NCBI RefSeq assembly: GCF_001194135.2
Contig: NC_068999.1
Span: forward strand, 6,155,853 to 6,204,456
DNA length: 48,604 nucleotides
Reading direction: 5' to 3'
From: Octopus bimaculoides
Taxonomy: Eukaryota
Under the pieces are notes generated by a model that was not told the origin of the DNA, searched no databases, and saw only the letters and a list, made by a program, of their open reading frames with translations. This document shows, piece by piece, positions 37,201 to 48,604 of this stretch (the stretch's first letter is position 1; every line of letters begins with the position of its first letter). The translations under genes and the position numbers were made by a program.

Positions 37201-37775
37201 GTTGCAATCGTGATTGATATAAATGATCAGAAAAAAGAAGGCCGACGACGGCGACGGAAATGATAATTTATGGTAATAAAACTGATGAAAAGAACAAGAC
37301 CTAAGAGTAGGAGGAGGAGGAGGAGGAGGAGGAGGAGGAGGAGATGTAAAGGAAAATGAAAAGAGAGGTGATAGGAATAGCAAATGTGATAAGGACAGTG
37401 ATAATGAGGAGAGGAAGGAAGAGGTGATGACGGTACAGATTATTGTCCTAATTATCTTTATTATCATTAATGGTACGAACTTATCCTCATCATCATCGTT
37501 GTAGTGGTCATCTTCGCCATCCCTCGATATAAGGAAAATCATTGTCACCGACACCACCATCACCATTATCATTAACCATTCTCATCATTATTGCCATTAC
37601 TATACGTGTCAATATCAACAATTATGATTACGAACTTCATTGTCCAATACTAATAGTGAAGAGGAGTTTTTACTTGAAGTATTTAGGACGCAATGTACTG
37701 TAATAGAATATAATAAAGTGTCGGAGCAGTATGGCTAGAATGATGTGAGAAGACATCTTAATTAATGGCCGTTGT

Positions 37776-37818
<43 letters not shown>

Positions 37819-38000
37819 AAAATAAAACAGTTATTAATTAATTGCCTGCCATATTGAACAATGTAAGAACAACCGAGGTGATTGTTCATATAGTATCCTT
37901 AAAAGAATCGAGGCAATACCTCCTAAATATGCTTAAACATATATGAGTTGTGTATGCGTGCGTATGTGAGTATGTATACGTGAACATGTCTATATATTAC

Positions 38001-38302
38001 GTGCGGCTTTAGCGGTTAGGTTAGAGTGTTCGGCTCGGGGACGTAAGTTCCTGGCAGTTCGTTGTAACCGTGTAAAGTGGGCGAAACAAAATATTTCTCA
38101 TTGCTCCAGCTGACAAATATGAGTAGTCCCTGTATTTCAAAGGACCAGCCTTGTCATATTGTGTTACGCTGAAGATCCATGAGAACTACATTAAGGCTAC
38201 ATGTGTCTGTGGACTGCTCAGCCACTTGCACGTTAAGTTCACGAGCAGGGTGTTCCGTTGATCGAATCAAGTGGATCCTCGTCGTCAGAAGCGATGGAGT
38301 GC
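38001..38302 (+). mobile_element. Diverged SINE with a family-B-type 3' tail
   Basis: gtatttcaaaggaccagccttgtca...gagaactac...tgctcagccacttgcacgttaa...ctcgtcgtc...gagtgcc. Confidence 0.75.
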
Positions 38303-38419
38303 CAGTCAGTCATGTTTGAAGATATCGATATACACACATACATACATACATACATACATACATACATACATACACGCACACACACACACACATATATATA
38401 CAAATTTAAAGAAAACAAA

Positions 38420-38530
38420 AGGCGAAGACAGGCGTAGGAGCAACAAGCATGTGTTTTACTTTAACGGTGGGGAAGAACGAAAAAGTATTTTACGTTTCGA
38501 GCCTACGATCTTCGACAGAAAGGATTAAGA
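38420..38530 (-). repeat. Dispersed repeat with hammerhead-like motif (copy B; motif 38488-38523)
   Basis: Minus strand reads CCTTT-CTGTCGA-A-GATC-GTAG-GCTC-GAAAC-GTA-AAA. Confidence 0.65.
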
Positions 38531-38917
38531 GGAAGATATATTCATATCTTCAAATATGACTGACTGGCATTCGATCGTTTACGACGACGAGATATATATA
38601 TATATANNNNNNNNNNNNNNNNNNNNNNNNNNNNNNNNNNNNNNNNNNNNNNNNNNNNNNNNNNNNNNNNNNNNNNNNNNNNNNNNNNNNNNNNNNNNNN
38701 NNNNNNNNNNNNNNNNNNNNNNNNNNNNNNNNNNNNNNNNNNNNNNNNNNNNNNNNNNNNNNNNNNNNNNNNNNNNNNNNNNNNNNNNNNNNNNNNNNNN
38801 NNNNNNNNNNNNNNNNNNNNNNNNNNNNNNNNNNNNNNNNNNNNNNNNNNNNNNNNNNNNNNNNNNNNNNNNNNNNNNNNNNNNNNNNNAGAGAGAGAGA
38901 GAGAGAGAGAGAGGGAG

Positions 38918-38958
<41 letters not shown>

Positions 38959-40402
38959 AACACAGCCACGGGAACACATATATCTGTACGTGTGTGTATA
39001 TGGCGGTGTATGTGTATGTGTGATGTGTGTGTGAGTGTGTGTGTATGTGTATGTGTGCGCGCGTGTGCGTGTGTGCGTGTGTGCGTGCATCTCTGGCGCC
39101 TATTAGTCTCCATAAATCCATTTCCTATTCTTTGAAATTACTTTCTTAATAAAACTCTTAATCCTCTCCATAGAGAGTGAATGATGTCCATACTCACGAT
39201 TCAGACGATACAGTCTCTATTTCCGTTATGCTGTCTGTATGGTCGTCAATACCTTTAATATTGCCTCTACATCATTCACGATCAAACATACACTCCTTTG
39301 TGAAAGAGGGTACTTGTAAGAAAATGTCTTGACCATGCATTATTCCTAATAAACGAATAGCACTGACGTATTGAAAATGATGATAAAGTTAAATGCTAAC
39401 AAAGCGGAATGTAGGCGTTCTTATTACTAGAAATAGAAGTCAAATTAATACCATATTATACCGTATTATATTGACTAAAAGAGACGTGAGACAATTCATG
39501 GGTTCGGGGAAATGACGTGCAGAGTAGTTTGATAGAAATTAAAACGCTTCCGAGAGGAGTATTTTCGATCGGAGACGGCCCTAGATTTAATTGATATACA
39601 AATTAAGAATACGCAATATAACTTGAGGTTTGTGCAAAAGTGAAGTTCTTTACCGTGACCTAGCACAACGTGTGTATGTACAAACCCATATGATATGATA
39701 GGATACAATAAGATATGATTTGATATGATATGATACGGTATGATATTANNNNNNNNNNNNNNNNNNNNNNNNNNNNNNNNNNNNNNNNNNNNNNNNNNNN
39801 NNNNNNNNNNNNNNNNNNNNNNNNNNNNNNNNNNNNNNNNNNNNNNNNNNNNNNNNNNNNNNNNNNNNNNNNNNNNNNNNNNNNNNNNNNNNNNNNNNNN
39901 NNNNNNNNNNNNNNNNNNNNNNNNNNNNNNNNNNNNNNNNNNNNNNNNNNNNNNNNNNNNNNNNNNNNNNNNNNNNNNNNNNNNNNNNNNNNNNNNNNNN
40001 NNNNNNNNNNNNNNNNNNNNNNNNNNNNNNNNNNNNNNNNNNNNNNNNNNNNNNNNNNNNNNNNNNNNNNNNNNNNNNNNNNNNNNNNNNNNNNNNNNNN
40101 NNNNNNNNNNNNNNNNNNNNNNNNNNNNNNNNNNNNNNNNNNNNNNNNNNNNNNNNNNNNNNNNNNNNNNNNNNNNNNNNNNNNNNNNNNNNNNNNNNNN
40201 NNNNNNNNNNNNNNNNNNNNNNNNNNNNNNNNNNNNNNNNNNNNNNNNNNNNNNNNNNNNNNNNNNNNNNNNNNNNNNNNNNNNNNNNNNNNNNNNNNNN
40301 NNNNNNNNNNNNNNNNNNNNNNNNNNNNNNNNNNNNNNNNNNNNNNNNNNNNNNNNNNNNNNNNNNNTATATATGTGTGTGTGTATGTATGTGTGTACAT
40401 AT

Positions 40403-40612
40403 GTTTGCGTGTCTGTGTTTGTCCCCCCAACATCGCTTGACAACCGATGCTGGTGTGTTTACGTCCCCGTAACTTAGCGGTTCGGCAAAAGAGACCGATA
40501 TAATAAGTACTAGGCTTACAAAGAATAAGTCCTGGGGTCGATTTGCTCGAGTAAATGTGGTGCTCCAGCATGGCCGCAGTCAAATGACTGAAACAAGTAA
40601 AAGAGTAAAAGA
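40403..40612 (-). mobile_element. Dispersed repeat, family D
   Basis: Reverse complement of 3748-3909 plus an extra 3' segment. Confidence 0.8.
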
Positions 40613-40629
40613 GAGAGTATGTAATTTTA

Positions 40630-40756
40630 CAGGGTGTCCACAAAGTCTGGGTACATGGGGATTAGCACATACTTTAAGAAATTATTATTTCTTATTTTTA
40701 ATCGTTTATGTTACGATTTTATTTACTCCATGTACCCAGACTTTGTGGACACTCTG
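40630..40756. mobile_element. 127-bp Tc1/mariner-type MITE with 29-bp TIRs and TA target duplication
   Basis: TA(40628-29)-CAGGGTGTCCACAAAGTCTGGGTACATGG...CCATGTACCCAGACTTTGTGGACACTCTG-TA(40757-58). One mismatch between the TIRs; AT-rich non-coding core. Confidence 0.9.
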
Positions 40757-41340
40757 TAATATGGAATTTATAAATATTTAATAAATAGCAAGGCGCGCAT
40801 ATCAAAATCATGTGATTTTTGGAAACGTGCTTAGCGATGGATTAAATATTTATAAATGCCATCCCAGAATTAATCTTGCTATTATATTTATCCTACATTA
40901 TATCAGTATAACCATGATACAAACCCGAAAAACTGACTTACTAGTCAGTATCATTAGATGGTGGCCGGCATAATGAAATATGAACATTATTTGAATACCC
41001 ATAACTTTAAGTAAGTTTATACATATATATATAATAACAATAATCATTGAATCATCGCATGGGATTTATAAGCATTTAACGCATTGCTACGCATGTTTTC
41101 ACCAATCACATGTCTCTTAAGATTAGAGTCTGTATTCCTGGGATGATAACAGTGTAGTTTCTAGTATCTGTGAGCATCGAGTCGATCATTTTCATGGATT
41201 AATTTTTTCAGGCGATATATAATTAGTGGATGTACAACAGATGGTTGTTTATCCCTTCAGTGCTGGAATAGGAACCTTATTTGCATATTCATAACACTTT
41301 CCGTTGACAAATTTAAAACGCACACACACACATGTATATA

Positions 41341-41580
41341 TGAGGGCGCATGGCCGAGTGGTTAGCGTGTTGCATTCAGGATCGCTAGTTCGTGATTTCA
41401 ATTCCTAGACCGGGTGGCGTGTTGTGTTCTTGAGCAAAACACTTCATCTCACGTTGCTCTGCGATCACTTCGACACTTGACGCATGGCACACTGTGCACC
41501 TGTTCAGGAAACGCCGATTTCATGGAGAAAGTGAGTTAATGTGCGGCACAAGCATTTGATCACAATAAACGAATCATTTG
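41341..41580 (+). mobile_element. tRNA-derived SINE (A-like head, different body)
   Basis: A-box TGGCCGAGTGG, gatttcaattcc B-box-like, then gttgtgttcttgagcaaaacacttc as in family A. Confidence 0.75.
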
Positions 41581-41623
41581 TTCATGTCGTTCATACGTCG
41601 TTTTTGGCGCGAGCGTCCATCGT

Positions 41624-41676
<53 letters not shown>

Positions 41677-41697
41677 CATCCATCCATTCATCCATCC

Positions 41698-41731
<34 letters not shown>

Positions 41732-41785
41732 GCATTGTTTTAAACTTCAAATGATGCCACCCCGCAAGCTGATTGAAAGGGGGTG

Positions 41786-41891
41786 ACTGGAGCAACATGA
41801 AATGAAGTGTTTTTGTTAAGAACACAACGCGCATCCTAGCCTAGGAATCGAAACAAAGATCTCACGATCGTGAGTGCAACAGCCTAACCAC
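41786..41891 (-). mobile_element. SINE head fragment, inverted relative to 41341
   Basis: Reverse complement reads tgtggttaggctgttgcactcacgatcg...ttcgattcctagg...gttgtgttcttaacaaaaacacttcatttcatgttgctcc. Confidence 0.7.
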
Positions 41892-42909
41892 ATATGAACA
41901 CACTATTCCCATTCCTGCCAAAATACTGCCTGGATATCTACGCTATGGAAACGCTAATTATAATTTACTGTAATAACACCTGGATTTACCAATGATTTAA
42001 CCTAAGGACGTACGGGCTATCATCCATACCGTTGCAAAGATGAATCGTGAGCGTTATTTCTTTATTTCTTTATTTCCTTATTTGCTTATTAACTGTAAGT
42101 CTTCATGTCTACATCTCTTATCTGAATATTTCCATATCTAGATCGTTCATATTTTCTATTTCTCTCTGATGACAGAGTAACCCATGTTCAGGCATACACG
42201 CCTATCACTTGGGATATCCCAGAAACAGCTGTCAAACCTCAAATACTTTATGAATAATATAAAATAATGCATATGACTTGAGAAGCTTGTTACGCCTTGA
42301 CGTTTGTTGTCCTCTTTGACAAATATATATATATATATATGAATATATATATACATTTATATGTATATATATATGTGAATATATATATATATATATNNNN
42401 NNNNNNNNNNNNNNNNNNNNNNNNNNNNNNNNNNNNNNNNNNNNNNNNNNNNNNNNNNNNNNNNNNNNNNNNNNNNNNNNNNNNNNNNNNNNNNNNNNNN
42501 NNNNNNNNNNNNNNNNNNNNNNNNNNNNNNNNNNNNNNNNNAATATATATATATATATATGAATATATATATACATTTATATGTATATATATATTCATGT
42601 ATAAACATATATATGTATACATATGTGTGTGTATATATATATATATGCATTTATATAAACACACGCAAATATTTATATACATATACATGTATGTACATAC
42701 ATGCATGCATGTAAGTATACATATTTACAAGAGGAGATTGTATGTAATCATTTTCATAAGCATACACAGGTTTTTGTCTGTTTTTTTTTTTTTTCTATTT
42801 TTGTGTAAGAAATGAAATCGATCAATCTCACACCATGGCATTACTGCTGATCATAGGAATGATTAAGTCCAAATTTCCTGTTCCTTGATTAAAAAAAAAT
42901 ATACCAAGC

Positions 42910-42958
<49 letters not shown>

Positions 42959-43204
42959 TAGATACACAACAACCTGAAATCATCAACGGAAATAGCAATA
43001 ATTTTGCCAATATTAAAGTATATTGATAAAATAGAGTGACAAGCTGATATGAAAGAAGTAAAAACAGGAATGGCGCTGAGATAAAAGATGCTGAAAACAT
43101 TTTGTAGTTTTTAATAAGATTCTTTAAATGTTATGAATATTTTTCCGGCCTTACATACGGCCTAATGCTATAAACTACGCGTAAGAATGTGCTTCCACAT
43201 GTGT

Positions 43205-43207
43205 GTG

Positions 43208-43300
<93 letters not shown>

Positions 43301-43400
43301 CTATTTATCTATCTATCTATCTTTCTATCTATCTTTCTATCTATCTATTTCTCTGTCTTTCTATCTGTCTATCTATTTATCTATTATATCTATCAATTTA
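43205..43400. repeat. (ATCT)n tetranucleotide microsatellite, degenerating 3'
   Basis: Read directly. Similar tracts occur at about 11003-11068, 30715-30765 and 41625-41730. Confidence 0.95.
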
Positions 43401-43442
43401 TATACAGATATATTTGTATACATATAAGTATGTACATATATA

Positions 43443-43494
<52 letters not shown>

Positions 43495-45171
43495 NNNNNN
43501 NNNNNNNNNNNNNNNNNNNNNNNNNNNNNNNNNNNNNNNNNNNNNNNNNNNNNNNNNNNNNNNNNNNNNNNNNNNNNNNNNNNNNNNNNNNNNNNNNNNN
43601 NNNNNNNNNNNNNNNNNNNNNNNNNNNNNNNNNNNNNNNNNNNNNNNNNNNNNNNNNNNNNNNNNNNNNNNNNNNNNNNNNNNNNNNNNNNNNNNNNNNN
43701 NNNNNNNNNNNNNNNNNNNNNNNNNNNNNNNNNNNNNNNNNNNNNNNNNNNNNNNNNNNNNNNNNNNNNNNNNNNNNNNNNNNNNNNNNNNNNNNNNNNN
43801 NNNNNNNNNNNNNNNNNNNNNNNNNNNNNNNNNNNNNNNNNNNNNNNNNNNNNNNNNNNNNNNNNNNNNNNNNNNNNNNNNNNNNNNNNNNNNNNNNNNN
43901 NNNNNNNNNNNNNNNNNNNNNNNNNNNNNNNNNNNNNNNNNNNNNNNNNNNNNNNNNNNNNNNNNNNNNNNNNNNNNNNNNNNNNNNNNNNNNNNNNNNN
44001 NNNNNNNNNNNNNNNNNNNNNNNNNNNNNNNNNNNNNNNNNNNNNNNNNNNNNNNNNNNNNNNNNNNNNNNNNNNNNNNNNNNNNNNNNNNNNNNNNNNN
44101 NNNNNNNNNNNNNNNNNNNNNNNNNNNNNNNNNNNNNNNNNNNNNNNNNNNNNNNNNNNNNNNNNNNNNNNNNNNNNNNNNNNNNNNNNNNNNNNNNNNN
44201 NNNNNNNNNNNNNNNNNNNNNNNNNNNNNNNNNNNNNNNNNNNNNNNNNNNNNNNNNNNNNNNNNNNNNNNNNNNNNNNNNNNNNNNNNNNNNNNNNNNN
44301 NNNNNNNNNNNNNNNNNNNNNNNNNNNNNNNNNNNNNNNNNNNNNNNNNNNNNNNNNNNNNNNNNNNNNNNNNNNNNNNNNNNNNNNNTACACACAGATA
44401 TATCTGTGTAAATGCACACAAATATACACAGACACATACAAAGACTTAAATACGCGCACACATATATACACATCTGTTTAGTTTTCCATGATTTCTGTTT
44501 GCAATAATTCAAAGAATTATATACCAACACGTGACTATATTTTCTTCGCCGAGGAAAAAAAAAGTATTAAGCAAAGAACAAAGACACAAAAACAATAAAC
44601 CAAAATAACAAATACTGGCAATAAATCACACTTTATATACACAACCATAGAGAAAAAACAAACAGAAACTGAATATAAACGAGGATATTTTCTGAAAGTA
44701 TTCATTGCGTGATAATTATTTTTAGAAAATGAAGACGCTGTGAAAGTATTGAAACTATGAAAGCACCAAAGAAAGGAAGCGAGTAATGAGTCTTTAAATG
44801 TGTTTGCACGCTTCAGTGTGAGTCTCTCTGAGTATTTGTATGTGCGTGTACGCACGTCCGTACGCACGTACTTACGCACGTCCGGATTCTGTTGCCCAGC
44901 GCGTTATTTCTTTTAAATTAGATTACCAAAATACTTGTATTCGATAAGTTAATCCTCTCTGTCTTTCTCTCTATATGTATGCTATTTAATTCCATGTTTT
45001 TGGTTAAGTTTCTGTTTCTGTTGTTTTTGTTGGGGTTTTTTTTTGCTATACTGTAAGTAAATGAAATCGTTTTATATCATAGAAAGCATACATTTTCAGT
45101 ACATATATACTTTTTTCTATTCTTATAATAGTACATCATAAAAATACACACACACGAACGTNNNNNNNNNN

Positions 45172-45223
<52 letters not shown>

Positions 45224-48209
45224 CATATACATATACGTTGTTCTTGTTCGTGGTTGTCTGTGTATGTACGTATGTACATATCACTGTGTGCATGTGTGTA
45301 TGTATGTATGGATGGATGGATGGATGGATGGATGGATGGATGGATGGATGGATGGATGGATTTGTCTGCTGCGTATTTAATTAGCTCACACCGACGAACC
45401 AAAAACACAACCATACTTAAATTGACAGTATCTTTGGCAACATATCGCGAATGAAAATATTCATTAAATTTCAGACTACGTCGAATACAAATTCCTCAAT
45501 TAGCCATTAAACGATTAATTATTGCCACTTCATTATTTTCGGATGCTCCTTTTGTGCATTATTTATATATTCAAACTGCAGAGCACTGTGTAATATGCTG
45601 TAAGATTCGCCAGGTAGGACACGGTTTCAATCCCTCTGTTAATGCATGTCATTTCAATTTTCTTGCTAATCCAATTTATATTATAAAATAGAAGCTGATC
45701 CCTTCTATCTGTCCGTAGCATATTCTCTGTAGAGTGAGGGAAGAATGAGAGGAGAAGAAGCTGTTGTTGAGAGAGAAATACAGTGATTGTGAGAGAAAGT
45801 GTGTGTGAAAGATAGATAAATAGGTAGTGTTGTCAACATAGTAACAAACAAGTTTTGATTAAGAGTGCGGGAATTTTAACTTCAAGTCGTTCAGCACAAT
45901 GAAACACGCTCTTCAAAAACAAAAAGACTATATTTTTACCGACATCTTAGCGACAACTTACGACCTAGAATATTCTATTTCCATCAGTGAATAATTCTTT
46001 CTGTCTTTGGCTCAAGTCTAGCAATTATGAAGTGAGACCGCAAAACGATTACCTCAACCTTCCCACGCCCCAATACTTGAGTGGTACTTTATATAATCAA
46101 CCCCTGGAGGGAAGGAAGGCAAGGTAAGCCGCGGTACAATCTGGAGCATGAATAGACAGCAGATGGCGATACACAACATAATTTTAGATTTTATATATAG
46201 TAACTAATATGATGTTTGGAATTTAAAATTTTTTCGAGTGTCATTCAATGTTTTTCTACAATGGGTTTGTGAATGTGTGTTGTGAGGGTGTGGTGGGGCT
46301 GTTTTTAATTTCGGAGATTACTGGATAATTAATTTATTATATTTGCTTGTCTACTTCATGTATGTTTAATTGTAGGCGTGTAATCGAAATTTGAATACCG
46401 TAAATAGCAACACCTACGGATATTCAGTTATGGATTTATGTATGTATGTATGTATGTATGTATGTATGTACGTATGTATATATGTATGTCATTGTTCAGT
46501 TTTATTTCAAGATTTCTTGTCATTGTGTGTCTGTGTATGTGTGTGTATGTGAGTATGTATTTGTGCGTTTGTGTGTATGTGTGTATGTGTATAAGCGTCT
46601 CTAAACATTTATTGTGTCGTTAGATAGTCTTATTTTTTATCGGGTTATCATTTAAGAAAGTATCACCCACGACTGTCTACGGGACTTCTGAGAGTGGTGT
46701 GAAGGAAGGAGGGACGAAGGAATGTGTCTCGAAACTAGGGCTCAGACTCAAATGCTTACAAAATGCTGAACTGTACTAATAGGGAAGAATGTTAAACCAG
46801 GTGCCTGAATGAGTCTAGCACCCAAGCAGGCTATGACAGGATTTGAACTCAGGATGTAAAGTACCGAAACAAATAGCACCAAGCAGCCCGGCCGAGGTTC
46901 CTACAGTTTCCATAATCCACTCCTTCCATAGAGGTGTGTTAGTGTGGTGTCATTTTCAAAACTAAAGAGTTCTGTCGCTGAGATATCTTCCCTCAAAACA
47001 AGAAGGGCACAACACGCTCAAGCACAGACGAAGATCAAGTTGAAATATTCAGCGGTGGTGGTGGTGGTGGTGGTGGTGGTGGTGGGGAGGGGAATTTGTA
47101 GAGCTTAATGGTGCAGTAACAAAAGAAGCAGATGCCGGAGGTACCGTTAAAGGAACAATAATATGAGAATTAATGATGAGAAAATAAGTTAATTTCAATA
47201 TCTAAAATATTCTTCTGTCTAATATTTTTGTCATTTTCATTTTTCAATAAAAATGATAATANNNNNNNNNNNNNNNNNNNNNNNNNNNNNNNNNNNNNNN
47301 NNNNNNNNNNNNNNNNNNNNNNNNNNNNNNNNNNNNNNNNNNNNNNNNNNNNNNNNNNNNNNNNNNNNNNNNNNNNNNNNNNNNNNNNNNNNNNNNNNNN
47401 NNNNNNNNNNNNNNNNNNNNNNNNNNNNNNNNNNNNNNNNNNNNNNNNNNNNNNNNNNNNNNNNNNNNNNNNNNNNNNNNNNNNNNNNNNNNNNNNNNNN
47501 NNNNNNNNNNNNNNNNNNNNNNNNNNNNNNNNNNNNNNNNNNNNNNNNNNNNNNNNNNNNNNNNNNNNNNNNNNNNNNNNNNNNNNNNNNNNNNNNNNNN
47601 NNNNNNNNNNNNNNNNNNNNNNNNNNNNNNNNNNNNTGGTGGTGGTGGTTGTGGTGGTGGAGGTGGTAGTGGAGGTGGTGGTGATGGTGGTGGTGGTGCT
47701 GGTGGTGATGAGGATGATGATGATGATGGTGATGATGGTGATGATTATGATGATGATGATGATGATGAAGATGACGATGATAATGATGATGATGATCATC
47801 ATCATCATCATGAGGATCATGATGATGATGATGATGATGATGACGATGATGCTTATAATAAATGAAGCTAATGATCTGGGGTTCGATAAAAGATCTATTT
47901 TCAGCATGGTTCATGGTTGGAGAGAAGGGTAACATGAATCATGGATTACGGTATTGATCTCTATATATATTGATTTTCTTTTGTTATAAAAATTTGCCAC
48001 CCCCTCGTTTGCTTATTACAGCAAAAGCAGATACTTCGCTACTGAACAAATGCAAGTGTGTCAATACGTGTGTCTGTATGTATGTGTCTATATGTGAGTG
48101 GGTGCGTTTGTGTGGGCATTATGTGTGTATGTGTATGTACGTATGTATGTGAGTGCGTGTGTGTGTGTGTGTGTGTGTGGGCCGAAGGTTGCATCTTTGT
48201 TTATCTTTT

Positions 48210-48370
48210 ATCTTTTATCTGTTACTTTTTTTCAGTCATTAGACTGCGGTCATGCTGGGGCACCAGTTTGAAGAAATTTAAACGAAGGAATCGACCCCAG
48301 CGCTTACCTTTTAAAACCTGGTTCCTATTCTATATACCCTTTCGCCGGACCGGTCAGTTAAGGGTACGTA
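48210..48370 (+). mobile_element. Family D repeat (diverged)
   Basis: ttcagtcattagactgcggtcatgctggggcacc...aatcgacccca matches 3770-3840. Confidence 0.6.
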
Positions 48371-48404
48371 AATATACACACGTATATATATACGGGAGAA
48401 TTTA

Positions 48405-48560
48405 CGAAAAAAACAACAGATGAAGACAGGTGGTGTAAACAACAAATGGATGTATTAGTTTAACGCTCGGGAATAGAGAAAGTCTTTGACGTTTCGAGCC
48501 TACGGTCTTCAACTGAAAGGAACACAGAAAGAAACAAGGAGAGAAAGAAGGAGAAAAAAA
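48405..48560 (-). repeat. Dispersed repeat with hammerhead-like motif (copy C; motif 48484-48520)
   Basis: Minus strand reads CCTTT-CAGTTGA-A-GACC-GTAG-GCTC-GAAAC-GTC-AAAG. Flanks are homologous to copies A and B. Confidence 0.65.
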
Positions 48561-48604
48561 TATAAATGAAGTGGCCAGCGATCTCTCTCTCTCTCTCTCT
48601 CTCT

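Noticed and set aside
36787-37572. Poly-Asp / poly-His / poly-Met ORFs
   Set aside because: Pure (GAT)n microsatellite open in several frames, with no splice context or unique coding sequence.
42323-42600. About 50-nt AT-rich duplicate flanking the 42397-42541 gap
   Set aside because: Collapsed minisatellite or overlap artefact; cannot be resolved.
42831-42853. Minus-strand MISSNAM+GT|GTGAGA, phase 2, giving MISSNAMVFISNVLC
   Set aside because: In phase, but too short and too weakly hydrophobic for a signal peptide; chance-level match.
5065-47935. Long ORFs containing X runs
   Set aside because: They only span N-gaps and dinucleotide repeats.

Overview
AT-rich, microsatellite- and SINE-dense eukaryotic DNA with about 21 N-gaps (roughly 6 kb). 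The repeat families resemble those I recall from Octopus draft genomes, so a cephalopod origin is inferred, not proven. Two convergent protein-coding genes are supported. (1) Plus strand: the last two exons (401-593, 1821-2592; phase-compatible GT-AG intron) of a gene with a six-cysteine anaphylatoxin-like (ANATO) domain, followed by an RKRR site and a long basic/acidic block tail. (2) Minus strand: one large exon (15568-13939) encoding a multi-copy neuropeptide precursor. It has 35 complete and 2 gap-truncated copies of the non-amidated decapeptide [N/Q/S][L/F]D[S/T][V/I]G[S/A]GLI, separated by KR/KK/RR sites, plus an acidic spacer and a two-Cys C-terminal tail. It looks like an orcokinin-B/pedal-peptide/LASGLx-type precursor, and its first (Met/signal) exon could not be located. 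The rest is non-coding: at least five SINE-like families (informal labels A-E), a 127-bp TA-flanked Tc1/mariner MITE, a Helitron helicase fossil, several inverted repeats, and three copies of a dispersed repeat whose consensus folds as a minimal type-I hammerhead ribozyme with a variant core (CUGUYGA). Nearly all other listed ORFs are microsatellite or N-gap artefacts.
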